Shown piece by piece: positions 49,756 to 63,686 of a stretch of 64,000 nucleotides of DNA. The position numbers were made by a program, and so were the translations under genes. The notes under the pieces are model-generated. The model was given only the letters and a program-made list of their open reading frames with translations, did no database searches and was not told the DNA's origin. The stretch is from Camelus dromedarius (Eukaryota). The stretch is taken from contig NC_087437.1 in assembly GCF_036321535.1 (NCBI RefSeq), positions 108,254,001-108,318,000 of the forward strand, given 5' to 3'. The stretch's first letter is position 1. Each line of letters opens with the position of its first letter.

Positions 49756-50899
49756 CCTTCATGATAACTTTGAGCTTCTTTTTTTCTTTTTCTAAGCCTT
49801 TCCCATACATTTGTAGATTGTATTGGGTTAGTTTTGTTCTTATCCATAAATACATACCAGTATTCTGAACGTGAGAAGGTAGGTAGAATAAGAAAGAGCA
49901 GGTGCTTGAAGAAGAATCCACAGAATTCAGTTGCCATGGTGGAATTAAAAAAGCGAGTTTGATGAAAATTCAAGTGGAAATAACCGTGTGTGGTCTTCTC
50001 CATTTAGAATTGTACCCAAATCTGTATATAGTGTTTTGAAATAAAATAATCCTGTGCATTGTTGTATCATAGACAAATGACTCTTCATTTTATTTTGTTT
50101 TCCTTGTTCTCCTTTCTAGCTCTTTATGAAAGATATCCAAAAGTTGATCTCCACTGAAAAACAACACTAAAATCAAGCAGAAGATTGTTTTGGCAAAACA
50201 TAATGGACTGATAAAAGACTAATTAGTATGTTTGAGTTCAGGCCTCGGGACATTTTTTTCAAATGTTTTCAGTTTTATTCATGATTTTAAATGTACCTCT
50301 CTTTTATTTTGAAACACATGCTTGTTTTGGAGGAAAACTTTGGCAATATGTCAAGGAATAACTTATAGCCAAATGATTTAAATAGTGTTTACCAAGAATC
50401 TTTGGGAAGTGTTTTTCTCCCTACTGTAAAGTCTGGCAAACAGCTCAGGGAGATGTTCAGTCTTAAACAGAGATGTTGCAGTTTTGAACTGGATTAAATT
50501 TGAAAAGTACCTTCTTAGCTTTTACTTGAGACTTTTTGGTAATATAAATCAAAACAAAACTCCCAAAAAACACTTCTTCTTTCATCTTGTAAAGTTCTGT
50601 GCTCTTTTAAACCATTATGGGTGTTTTATACATAAGCTGTACTCACATTAACTCATGGATATACTGAGAAACCAAGCATTTTTTGTTACACAACTAGAGT
50701 ATAAGAAAATTCTTCAAAGACTTATAGGTCAGAGACTGAAGAGTGAACACTGCCTCAAAGAGAAAGATAAGGCCTGTTTTCCTTTTAAATTAGGTTGACC
50801 TCACCATTAGAACAGGTAAAATTGTGTCATATTAATTACTGACCTGCAAGATGTTAGAAAACATGTTAAGAAATTAATGTGGAGTCATGACACACCTAC

Positions 50900-52027
50900 T
50901 TTCTTGTTTTTTACTTTTACTGAGATAAATATATATATATAATTCAGCCATAACATTGTGCAAGTTTAAGAGATACAATGTCTTGATTTACTACACTTGT
51001 CTATTGCAGAATGATTACCACCACCTAAATATCACCTAAATGCTATGTGTGTGTGTGTGTGTGGTGAGAACAGTTAAGATCTGCTCTCCAAGCAGCTTTC
51101 AAGTATATAATACAGTACTATTAACTATAATCACTATACTATACATTAGATCCCCAGAAGTTATTCATCTTATAACTAGAAGTTTATTCTCTTTGATAAA
51201 CGTCTCCCCTTTTCCCCACCTCCCACCCTGGTAACTGCCATTCTACTCTTTGTTTCTATTGTTTCAGATTTTTTGGATTCCACATGTAAGTGGTATTATA
51301 CAGTATTTGTCTTCCTCTATCTGACTTACTTCACTTAGCCTAATGCCCTCAAAATCAATCCATGTTTTCCCAAATGGCAGGATACCCTTCTTTTTCATGG
51401 TTGAGTAATATTCCATACTACATACCTCGTCTTCATCCATTCATCTATTGGCACATTCATTTGTTGACGACATCTATTCTTTCCATATTTTAGCACTTGT
51501 GAATAATGCCGCAATGAACATGGAGGTGCAGATATCTCTTGGAGACCCGCTTTTCATTTCCTTTGGATATATACTCAGAAGTAGGATCGCTGAATCATAT
51601 AGTAGTTTTATTTTTAATTTTTTGAGGGGCCTCCATACTGTTTTCCACAGTGACTGCACCAATTTACATTCCCACCAACAGTCCACGAGGATTCCCTTTC
51701 CTTCACATCCTTGCCAACACTTGTTATCTCTCATCTTTTTGATAACAATCATTATCTCTTTGTGGTTTTCATTTGCATTTCTCTGGTGATTCACGATGTT
51801 GAGCATCTTTTCATGTACCTGTTGGCCACTTGTATGTCCTTTTTTGGAAAAATGTCTGTTCAGTTTTTTTGCTCATTTTTCAGTTAGATTGTTTATTTCT
51901 TTTTCTGTTTAGTTTTATGATTTCTTTACATATTTTGGATATTAACCCCTTAACAGATATATAGTTTGCAAATATTTTATCCCATTCCGTAGGTTGCCTT
52001 TTCATTTTGTTGATGGTTTCCTTTGCA
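50900..52027 (-). mobile_element. L1MA-like 3' portion (ORF2 C-terminus + 3'UTR)
   Basis: ORF 51474-51806 (-) [29 protein letters not shown] is the L1 ORF2 Cys-rich domain; L1MA9-type 3'UTR. Confidence 0.92.
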
Positions 52028-55000
52028 ACATACATACTTTATGTAGAAAGAGTTATTGGTACTGTTAGTGTCTTCCTAACCCACACTGTCTCCCTTCACA
52101 TAAAACCGTTTTCCTCTGTGCCACTGGTCAGAAATTCTGCTAATGGAGACATAGTCCTTTATGTGAGGCTCAACATACCTTGAGTGAGATCATGATTTTT
52201 ATACCATCAACATTAATGACCATAGTCATTTCAAAATGACTTTTCATAATTTTTTTAAACAGCAGTTGAATACAAGGAGGAGAATGAAAAATCAATAGGC
52301 TAAAATTAAAGTCCTACTTACAGAAACCAAACCTTCGTGGGCTTCATGATGGGGCTTCTGCCTCAGAGAGTTATTGTGACGCTATCACAACATAAAGGGA
52401 ATAAAACCAATAGCACAGTGTGCAGAACATGGCATATCATCACATTCTAATTCTCTTCCTCCTCACATCCCATGCACCAAATGACAAACCAGGGCATTGG
52501 TACATATGGATATAAATTCTCCTTTGTTAAAAAAGAAAAAAACCCTATCACTTCTCCGTATATGATGGTGCATATACAGGTGTCCTATACCGACCACTCT
52601 AAATCTAGCTTTCAGATATTCTGACTCCCCCCCACCCCAACTATAAATCATGCATTGACAAGACTAAATCTATCTTTCTAAATACATTATATTTGATTTT
52701 TTCAGATGCTGTTTGATTATTGACAGGCCCAAACAAACACATTATTTCTGTCTCATTTGGCTGGGGGTGAGAGACTGGGAATAGGAGAGTGGAATTGCCC
52801 CGTCCTAGGTGTTAGATGGTATTTGTGACAAAGGCTAATGTCAAATGAAAGGGCCTTCCTCTCTACCCAGCCACTATGGGTCCCCAGAGGTGCCTGAAAC
52901 TCACTTCTGGGGTACCAGGAGGTGGTGTCCTCTCTCTTATTCAAATCTCCTCCTGTCCCTTGGGGATGGGGGTAGAGTTACAATAAGTGATGGAAAGAGG
53001 AGGGGTTGACAGAAGTAACCCCGCCCAAGTGAGAGTAAGGCCAAAAGAGGCCCCAAACTCACTGACCAGTTTGCATGGTGGAGGGAGACATGGTACCTTT
53101 CGGTGTTCCCTGCTCTGTGTAAAGCATGTAACCTAATGCTAGAGTAAGAGGTTGACAACTACCCACGTTACTACCTCTGGTCCTCTGGAGAAGCTGCAAG
53201 TCAAGGAAGTAGCTTCAGACTTTCAGAAAGGAAAAATACCTTATTGGGTTTCCCTAATAGTCAGGATGCTGTGTGGTGTTAACCACCTAGACTGAAGCCG
53301 CTTCCCATCCTAGAACCCTGGGCATTGGCGCTTCCCTGGGGCTCCCATCCACCTAAAGGATTGTCCAGGCCTGACAGACACCACCTCTTCACACTCCAAA
53401 GTGAAGGTTGTGAGAGCATTTTGGGGGTCTTAGAAATGTAACCCTCTTTATAGTCTTCAAGTCTGTTGTTTGACTTCTGATCAGATTTTCATAAACATTC
53501 CTTATGAAAATAAAACTGGGGCTGTGTATAGCTGTTCAATAAGAGGACTTAATTTTTCAGAGTTCTGTTCATCCTAAAACACAAATTCTAACGATCTTTG
53601 CTACAATGTAAAATCTTTTAAATATTTTACAGTGGTGGTACCTGGTAAATAAACATTGATTTAACACTTTCAGATAAATTCAGGAAAATGTCCTTGTGTC
53701 ATGTCTACTAGAATGACTAACATTTATTACAGGTTACATAATTCTTAAATACTGATGTTTTGAAGGTGTTTGGTCCTCATATCACATTGCATTGTTATCC
53801 TTTCCATAATTGCTAGATGTTTTGATATATTCATGTAATAAAATTTCTTTTCTTAGGTAAGGAAATCTGGTGTCAACATACATTTTGGACTTTGGATGAC
53901 ATTTCAACTAAAATTATATATAATAAAATGATAACTGTTGAATGTACCTTTTCTAACTTTGAATATTATTTCTTTCTCTATGTAAATTACAAGAAAGTAG
54001 TATAATGTGCTTTTCCCCATTATATATTTTCTTTTGTTACATGTATTATCACTTTAAAGTTTGTGGATACTTAGTGTCTCAATTGCCAGCGATTGTTGCC
54101 CTTTTCTAAATTTTAGGGTCAATGACTTAAAAAGAGCAATTCTGCCACCTTGTGTTTTGTAAAATCCAGGGTAGCTGCTGGCTTCTGGGAAATTGCCAGT
54201 AGTTTTCTTGCCAGCTTGAAAGTTGTAACTCTGAATCAGATTTCTAGAACAATCAGCTGTGCCCCTCCCCCAGTTCTTTTTTTCCAAGTTTGCACAAACC
54301 AATCATGGAAGCTAGTTACTTTATCTGTACTTGTGCCAGACTTAGAACTCATTCCTCAGGATTTTTACTAAGATTTGTACAGCCAAATAACAAAACTTTA
54401 ATTGAAACCATATGTTATTCTGCTTGAAAGTGTGTTTTACTTTAAAAATTTTTCAAAATTTAGGATAGATTTGCATATCTGAATTGGTGAATTACTAGTT
54501 GATACTTTGGACTACAGAGACTATATTGCTAGTGCATTTTTTAAAAATTAATAAAAACAATAGAAGAAAGCAAGCTTGCAATTTTTAAAAATTAAACTTT
54601 CAGGAGCTAGGAAAAGTTGCATGTGTTTTTTGAACTCAGATAATTACTAGAAGTAAGCTATCAGACTTTCGTGAAATTATCATTTATGGGGTTAAAACAA
54701 GCAAACAGTGAGAAATAACAGAGAAATAATCACTAAATTAATTGATGTGCTGAGAAACAATACAGTGTTTAGAGGGTTCTGGTTTATCACTCTTCCCTAG
54801 AAAGACAGAACAGAAGATGAAATGCTGTAAAAGTTGACCTGGACTTCTGAGTCTGTTTTCCCTTGACACTTGAATTACTGAACTCTTTGTTCCAGTCTGT
54901 TCCTTTTGTGTATTTATTTTCAAAGTGAGGATATGAGTTAGTATTCAAAGAACCAAAATTGGATATTCTTAACCTTAGGAGTCTATGGAAGAGCTTCATC

Positions 55001-55254
55001 AGAAGTTTTTATATACATGTATATACATACATATATAGTGGTTGAGGTGGAGAGAAACCCTCATTTATTTTCATCTGATTCTCAAAGAAGTCCATGACAT
55101 CCCCCAAAAAAGGGGGAGGATAAAAATAACCATAAAAAAATCTGATATCTACAACACTAACCCCTGTGAGCAAATCATAAAGGATCCATGGTATGCTACT
55201 GCCATCTTGTGTCAAACTAGCACCTCGCTCAGTTTGCATCAAGAGTGCTAGTTG

Positions 55255-55647
55255 AAAAGATGTGATACCATATTTATGTGGAATCTTTTAAAAAAAAAAA
55301 AAAAGACAAACTGATTCACAAAACAAAAACAGACTCACAGACATAGAAAACAAACATGGTTACCGGGGGGGGGGGGGGCAGGAAGAGGGTGGGAAGGGAT
55401 AAATTGGCAATTCTAGATTTGCAAATACTAATACGTATAAAATAAATAAACAACAAGTTCATACTGTATAGCACAAGGAACTACATTCAATATCTTGTAG
55501 AAACTTTTGGTGAAAAGAATATGAAAACGAATATATGTGTGTTCATGTATGACTGAAGCATTATGCTGTACACCAGAAATTGACACAACATTGTAAACTG
55601 ACTGTACTTCAATAAAAATATATATACACATCTCATTTATATACATC

Positions 55648-55684
<37 letters not shown>

Positions 55685-55723
55685 TATACATCATACACAC
55701 ACACACACACACACATACGAAAA
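55255..55723 (+). mobile_element. Young L1 3' end with microsatellite tail
   Basis: Perfect 14-bp TSD AAGAGTGCTAGTTG (55241-54 / 55724-37). Tail contains (TA)n and (CA)n. Confidence 0.95.
55618..55717. repeat. Compound (TA)n/(CA)n microsatellite
   Basis: Directly visible dinucleotide runs. Confidence 0.9.
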
Positions 55724-58700
55724 AAGAGTGCTAGTTGGATGGATGATTTAGAAGCATTCTCATTCCAGCCTGTATGGTTCTGCAGAACCTTAAGGACAAA
55801 AAAAGAGTGAAGTTCAGTCTATGGGTCCCTTAAAGCATCACTAGAATTCTAACACATTTGATAATGAATAGCCTACTAAGAATTAAAGATTTGTCCTTAA
55901 TAGTTTTACTCTTAAATGACTCTTTTGTGCCTGGAGCAGAAATTAGAACTGGTAGGATTCTCGTAAGAGGGAATATGTAGACAGTAACATTTTACACCGG
56001 GAGGCAAAAAGACATCACTGTCTATTGGGATGCTGCAAGGAATTTTGAAATCATGAAGACTTCACATTTCCTCTATCTGTGGGTTTCTGTATATTCACTC
56101 AATACGAGTCAAATTTCAAAACTTTCTAAAGTTTAGGCACTTCAACTTAAAAAAACCCTTAAAAAAAAAAAGCCTACAAAAAGGAAAAAAATGCTCAGGT
56201 TTATTACACAAAATTAAAAGAATTTTTCAGCCTTGTGATTTCTAGTTATGTGGCCAGTCAATATGTGTTGATTTCACTACTGCATTTAAGTGTCCACAAG
56301 TGATTTTAGCTCTTAAAGTTCCCCATAATCTAAGAAATGTAAGATTAATCACAGAATGACAGAAAGGAAATGCAGAAGTCCCCATGCTAGTCTACCAACT
56401 CAGTGTGAACCTGCCAATTTCACAAACGTGTGGCCCTTTATACATATTTTTAATATTATCAGCTTGTCAACTACATGAGAAGATGATTAGAGACAACTGA
56501 AAACTGCTCTTGAGTAACAAGTGTATTCTGGACCCAATGAAGGAATAAACTATGAAATGTCTTTCTTACTATTGTGACTGCAAAATTATCTCAGGAACAA
56601 TTACACAGGTCACGGCAGATATTGGAGGTTATTTCCAGCCAGCACAAAATCTTTATTTAAGAAGAAATTTGAAGTAGCCCTTTGACTGAAAAAGGATCAT
56701 GAGGACTAGTCTTGACCCTGATTTTGAGCAGCAGGAACGGTAATTGGGGGTCTTTTGTGGAGAGTATCGGTCAATACACCTGCTGGATTGCAAATGGCTC
56801 TTGAAGGAAGGTAACATTTGGCCTCATGATCTAGCACTGTAGTCAAAAGAATAAGTAGAAATAATCAGTAGAACAATAAGCACAAATAAATTCATCTTCA
56901 CAGGAGAAATTTTACTTCATAATTTATTTTTAACCTGGGGGATGAGAAAGACAGATGCGCCTAATTCAAAAACTTCCACATAAAAAGCATTACTCATGTT
57001 TTCTGGATCAAGTCACCCCTCATCTTAGTCTTTGATCCTGTAATTCATTGGCTTCCTTCACATGATAGGGCTTCCCAAAGCATCTAAGAAGTACCTTGAA
57101 CCGGAGCCTCAGTGACAATAAAACATGCCAGGACTCAGGTCTCTGCTTCTGAACCACTCAGGTTCTCCCACTAACTGGTATCTCTGAAGTCAGTGCCAGG
57201 TACCAGTTTTGGGGACCTCTTGCCAGAGGGCAGGCTGGCTCTCGGAGTCGGCAGCGCTGTTGCTGGGAGACCGTATCACTCTGGCCTTGCCCATCTGATA
57301 CGCCTGCCCCGGAGGAAGCGCTGCAGGAACTGATAGACGGTTTCCTTCCGCTTCATGCTTCTTGACCAATGAAAACAAAGCACAGGAGCGGAAAACTCAG
57401 TAATCACGTAACAAAAGACCTCAGGCATGAAAATCTTTCACTTTGGACAGTGGAAACTTGATTTTGTTACATCCTCCCTGAAATTTGCTTAGAAATCAGA
57501 AAAACAGTCCTGGAAAAGCCCTCAAAAGACCATGTGTCCAGTTTCCTGCCACCGGGGGCCTGTTTTATGTGCCCCTTGCTTCCCCAGCCACACCAGATGA
57601 AGAGCATAGATGCTCTCTTTGGCAGTCTTTCCAGTACTTTCATTCCAGTGGTGGCTGGGCTCTCCACTCCACTTGCTTAAGACCCGATTCTGCAGCTGCC
57701 GCATCCTGTCTTCTCCCGATGAGACTGACTGGATGCTGACTTGAAACGTCTCTTTATGCCCAGAGTGACCACTGATGCTAACCGTCAGATCTTTCTGCTA
57801 ACGTGGCTCCCAGTGAACTCTCAGTGCTGTTAGTCTGGACTCCCTTCTCAGCATCAGCACCACCTTTGTATCAGTGCCCTGCACACCAGCCTTGCAAAAG
57901 AGATGAACGTCTCAGGGCTTCTTCCAGTCCCCGCTCTTGGTGACTTTTGCATTGTTTTCCCAGGAGCCCAACCAGGCGACATTAAGCAACACCACCAAGC
58001 ATCCATCCAGTGGCCAAGATCAAGTCAGTTCAGCTCAATTCTTTCCTGCCCCAGAATAAGCTCCCTGTACATCCAAAGCACCTTGGAGGAGTTGAAATAA
58101 CCTTTGAGCCCACTCTGCGTTACACGGAAAAATGTCAGTTCCAATGTTCTCTGAGGTATCTCTCCCAGAAAACTCATCAGTTATTTTTATGAAACTCTTA
58201 GCAGCTTTTATTCCTAAGTGGAAGTCAGTAAAATTAATATGCAGAACAAGCCTGCCCCCCAGGAGACGTGTGCTTCACTAAACACATGAGCATCTACGCA
58301 GATGGTAAAATTGTACTTTCCCCTCAATTGTTGGGTAGGGAGTAATTTTTGTTTAACTATGTCCCCTGCTCATTCCAAGCAGTTGAGTGCACATGGATAC
58401 TTTCTAACCACCCTGCATTTTTCAAGAAAATTTCTTTTGTTGTTACTAATTTACCAAAAACCGCATTTTATGACTTCAAACCTTCTACATCCTTTAAAGT
58501 TGACATGAATTTGGCTCTTTCTGATTGATCTCAATATATTTCTGACTGCGGTAGTATAGAGAGCCAATATCCATTTCTTTCAAAAAGGACCAAAGGAAAA
58601 AAAAAGGATCAAAGAAAGATTCATTCTCTGTTCCCATAAAAACTGTTTTTAAAAAGCTCCCCTTTCCTAGCATTTATCTTCAAGAAAATTTAAATAAAAA

Positions 58701-59136
58701 GTACAGCAAACACTTTCACCCTTAGATACAATTAGACTTTTAAAATTTCAAGATATTTGAGCTTTCCTTACAGTATCTATATTCTACAATTAAATTAAAC
58801 TTTTATTGTCATCTGCAAGAATGTATCTTGTTGGAAAAGGGGTTTATTATCATTTAACTTCCAAGTGTGTAATTCTGTGTGGAGGTGTATGTGTTTTTCG
58901 GGGGTGAAGTAGGGGTGTTAACATATTTAAGAATTTTTGAAAGGAAACCCTAGGAAACAGGGTCTTAATCTTCCTGAAATGAACAAATTGGGTGCCAATC
59001 AGTATTCACTTCCCTATAGGTACAAAGAGAAACCTCAAATTATTTGGGAGAGCATTGGAGGGGGAGGCCCACCTGTGTCGCATATTCCAACCCCACAAAT
59101 TCATTCACTTGGTTTTATTTCCTTGTGCTGTTTTTA

Positions 59137-59399
59137 TAGGTCAGTAATCACTGATTTGCCATTCTGAAATCTCAGAAACTGAAAGTTTAGGTCTTTCTCC
59201 CAATTCATTTGGTGGCAAAATCTGAACTATCTAATGCATAGTCTTTATTTCCTAACTCCAATTAGTTCCTACATTTCACTGCAAAAATATATGAGTATAT
59301 TTGATAACAAGTTAGGGGTACACACAGCATAACACCTATCTAAATCTGAAGTTCCAACATTTCTGGTCCTGAGGATCTTAGACCAGATGTTTGGATCTA
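59137..59399 (+). mobile_element. Tigger-family MITE (MER46C-like)
   Basis: gaaactgaaagttt...tttggtggcaaaatctgaac...atagtctttattt...catttcactgcaaaaatat...tctggtcc; TA-flanked start. Confidence 0.6.
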
Positions 59400-62300
59400 T
59401 GCTGGGTACCACAACCACTTCTAAAAGAAGAAATGCCCTCAGAGAGGGGCTTGATTAGATCACTGGTTCCTAACTAGCAATAAAGATGGCGCAGAAACTT
59501 TGTTTAGGGACAAGGGTGGGGTCTAGAAGTGATAAGAGGAGTGATAAGAAGAGAGAGATAAGGACTTCCAGTGGCAAATATTGCCTACATTGCATTGACA
59601 TAATTTCCAGAGAAATTTGCTCCAGCTTGTCATCCAAAAAGCAAAACCAAGATGCTCTTCCTCTAGACCCTCCCAGTACTCTACATGGTTGATCCTACAC
59701 TTCTGTTTATGGATCTTGGTGCATTTCCTTCAGCATTAAGAGGGAGAGAGTGGATCTCACTGCTTTTTCAAGGCTGTAAAAATACAACTATGTTTTATCC
59801 TATTTACATTTGAATTAACAAGTTCTAAAATAAATTGTAAGGATAGAGTTTAAGAAGTTCAGGAACTCCTTCAGACCTTCCAGATACAAAGGTTTTCATG
59901 TGAAAAAATTAATTTATGGCTAGAGTAATTTTATGGCAATTGTAAGAAAGAAAATATCAAATAAGTTACTGAAATCTATAATGATGAAAAACTTGATGGC
60001 CATCTAAGAAATTAATTCAGATTTCTGAAAATTTGGCTGCATGTTTACTTTCTTTTCTTATATATTATACATCTTATATATTGTATATATATATTTGAAA
60101 TGCCATTTTGAATAACTGATTTTCTATTAAACATTTGAAATGCGTAAGAAAGAAATTGCTTAAAATCAGTAAATAAGTCTTTCAAATAATGTTGTAAATG
60201 TATTCTAAGTTGTGCTCAGACTCTACAAATGTTCTGATATATTATTTCAAATACACCACAAACTTAAGCATATATTTTCAAGAAGCATTTTAGCCAATCA
60301 AGACATTTTCTTATGCCCTGTTATTCAAACATTTTCTAATTGTTGGTTTAAGTGGGACGTTTCATATCAACAATAAACAGCTCCATTAAGAACAAAAATG
60401 CCTAACTTGGAATCATATAATATACTTGATTTGCTAATAACTTGGGACGCATGTTTTTAAATTATATTTAGGGGAAAGAGCCTTTCGGTTGCAATTTGAT
60501 TATGGACATAGAATTATAATCAAGCCCTAGTAGAGCTATGTCACATTTTTTTTTTTAAATTTTCCAGCCTCAAGTAGATAGGGTTTTGATTTGATCACAT
60601 CCTCAGGAATTCAGTGTGGCTCGCTGTTGAGTGGAATCTTGGATTATGCTCATTTAGAGCTGGAAGGGGAAATGACCAACAAGAGATCTAACAGAAAGCA
60701 GACTCTGCCATATGGCTCCTAGCTATTTGCCCTTTGAAGCTCAGTGAAAGAGATCTGAGATACTACAGGGATGTTTTCCCTTTGTCATGAAAGATTTGTC
60801 TAGGAAGACAGCAGAAGCCATGAATATGACATGTTGGTCAAAATACAAGAAGTCCAAGCCAACAGATGGGAAAGCAGAGGGCCTCCAGCTGCTTCAAATG
60901 AATCCCTGTGGTGCTGAGCATCTTTCAAAGGGGGCCAGTCTGAGAATAAAACCACAGAGTTCTTCCCCCATCACTAAGTAGCCCTATAAGTCTCAGCTCA
61001 TGAGAAACCTTCTGTTTGCTTCGGTTCTGAGAGACCCTTACTAAACAATGTTTGGTTGGCAATCTTATGTGTAAGAGGAATATAATCAGTGCTGTGTGAA
61101 AACCGGCTAATTAAAGCTTTCCTTCTTTGGCCTATTATCCCCAGAATTAGGCTTTTTTGTTGTTGTTCTATTTATTTGTTTAAAAATTTTGACAACTATG
61201 TGTTTGCAAAATTCTGAGAATGTTTATGCTATCCTGAACCTGGGATTTTTTTTACATACACAATAAACCCCAAGTCCAACCCCTACCTGACTAAAATTTA
61301 GGAAGGTTTCAAATTTCCATTTTGAGCTATCACAAGCAATCACTTTTTTAAGAAAGAAAATTCAGGCAATATTTATATAGCCCAGAGACCACATTTTTTT
61401 CATTCATAAGTTATTTATTGTGATAAAAAAAATTGAGTACATTCTTAAAATATGGGAAAATACTTTATGAATAGAATCATATCAATTAGAAAATTGACAC
61501 CATTGTTTTTGGTTTTTTAATTTATTAACATCATTGTCTCCCAACTATGGGCCTGTCATATAAAGATAATAAATGCTGATGAAGATAAAATGTTGATACT
61601 GCCAGGATATTTGAAAATTAGCATCCTGATGAAATTATACATTGGATCATACTGTAGCAGAACCCAACCACAGGTTGCTCACCAAAGATAATGACACATT
61701 TCAACTCCAAACCCTATAATTTAGTGCCATTGAATTAGGATTATCAGATTTCTATCTAGAGACAATGTGTGATGACTTTACAATAAATCACCAAAAAAAA
61801 TCAATAGGCAGTGACATGACAAGGGTTATAACAATTTAGAGTCCAAGAAATATACGAACTGAAGATGACTTAATAAACCTACTTCTTTCTATTCTCTTTT
61901 TACCTGCTCTTTAAGGACCACTGTTTATATGGAAACAATCTAGGATTGTAATGCAGAGCTTGGGTGGTCCTTTATCTATCATGTTTAGGTGGACTAGAGT
62001 TCCTTAAAGAGAAAGTCAAGGCTGATCCAATGGGGAGGAGCATGGGGCAGAAGGAGGGAACAGAACATCAGAGAGAAAGGGAGAAAGAGGGATGACACCA
62101 GTTGAAGTTTGGCAGGTTGAGCCTTTTTTTTTCCTCATGACTTTTGAAAATCATCTGCTAGACTGACTTTGGGTTATAATTTATAATTTCAGCAGAAGCC
62201 AGAAAATTAGCAGTAACAAGACCATGGCAACCCAATGGATAGTGATTTAAGGTTATAGGAGACCACTCCTTTTATCATCCATGGATCAGTATGTATACTC

Positions 62301-62544
62301 TAGAGAGAAAGAAAGAATTACTTTTAAGGGCTAAACCCAGTATCTTTCACCAACATAATTCACTGAAAATGTTAAAAAAAAAAATTTTTTTTTCCTTTAA
62401 ACTTGTTCTAAACTGACTTGAGATTTGCCATCCGTGGAGCAATTCAGGAAAGATTCTAGTTGCCCTCCTTTCAGGGCTAAATTTCCTAAGCATGACATAC
62501 CAGGCAAGACCTAGGCTTGTGTCTTTAAGAGTAAAAGTTGCTTC

Positions 62545-63686
62545 TAGGTCAGTTTACCAAGGTAATAGAAATAAAAGCAAAAATAAATAAATGGGACCTA
62601 ATTAAACTTTTAAACTTTGCACACGGCAAAGGAAACCATAAACAATACAAGAAGACAACCTACAGACTGGGAAAAATATTTGCAAATGGTGCAATTGACA
62701 AGGACTTAACTTCTAGAACATACAAACAATTCATACAAATCAATAATAATGACAAAAAGAACTCCAATCAAAAAAAATTGGCAGATGCTCTAAACAGATA
62801 TTTTTCCAATGAAGACATACAGATGGCCAATAGGTACATGAAAAGATGCTCGATATTGCTAATTACCAGAGAAATATAAATCAAAACTACAATGAGATAT
62901 CACTTCACATTAGTCAGTATGGTCATCATGAAAAAGTCCACAAAAGATAAATGCTGGAGAGGGTGTGGGGAAAAGGGAACCCTCCTACACTGTTGGTGGG
63001 AATGTAATTTGGTTCAGCCATTATGGAAAATAGTATGGGGATTCCTTAACCAACTAAAAATAGATTTAACATGATCCAGCGATCCCACTTCTGGGCATAT
63101 ATCCAGAGAAAGCTCCAATTTGAAAAGATACCTGCACTCCAATGTTCAGAACAGCACTATTTACAATAGTCAAGACATGGGAGCAACCTAAATGTCCATC
63201 AACAGATGAATAGATAAAGAAGTTGTGAGATAGATAGATAGATATACAATGAAATACTACTCAGTCATAAAAAAGAATAAAATAATTCCATTTGCAGCAA
63301 CATGGATGGACCTACAGATTATTATACTAAGCCAGACAGAAAAAGACAGATATCATATGATATCATATGTGGAATCTTAAAAAAAGACAGAAATGAACTT
63401 ATTCACAACACAGAAACAGACTCACAGACCCAGAAAAGCAACTTATGGTTACCAAAGGGAAAAGGGGGTTGATAAATTAGAAGTGGGATTAGCAGATACA
63501 AACTACTATATATAAAATAGGTAAATAAGGAATTACTGTGAAGCAAGAGGATCTATATTTAATATCTTGTAATAACCTAAAACAAAAATGAATATAAAAT
63601 ATATATATGTATGACTGAATCACTATGTTGTACACCAGAAACTAAGACAACATTGTAAATTGAATATACTTCAATAGGAAAAAAAA
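62545..63686 (+). mobile_element. Young L1 3' portion (ORF2 C-terminus + 3'UTR + polyA)
   Basis: ORFs KAKINKWDLIKL and [47 protein letters not shown] (62527-44) / AAGAGTAAAGTTGCTTC (63687-703). Confidence 0.95.

Noticed and set aside
53485..53511. 10-bp inverted repeat ATTTTCATAA/TTATGAAAAT
   Set aside because: AT-rich and short enough to occur by chance in 64 kb.
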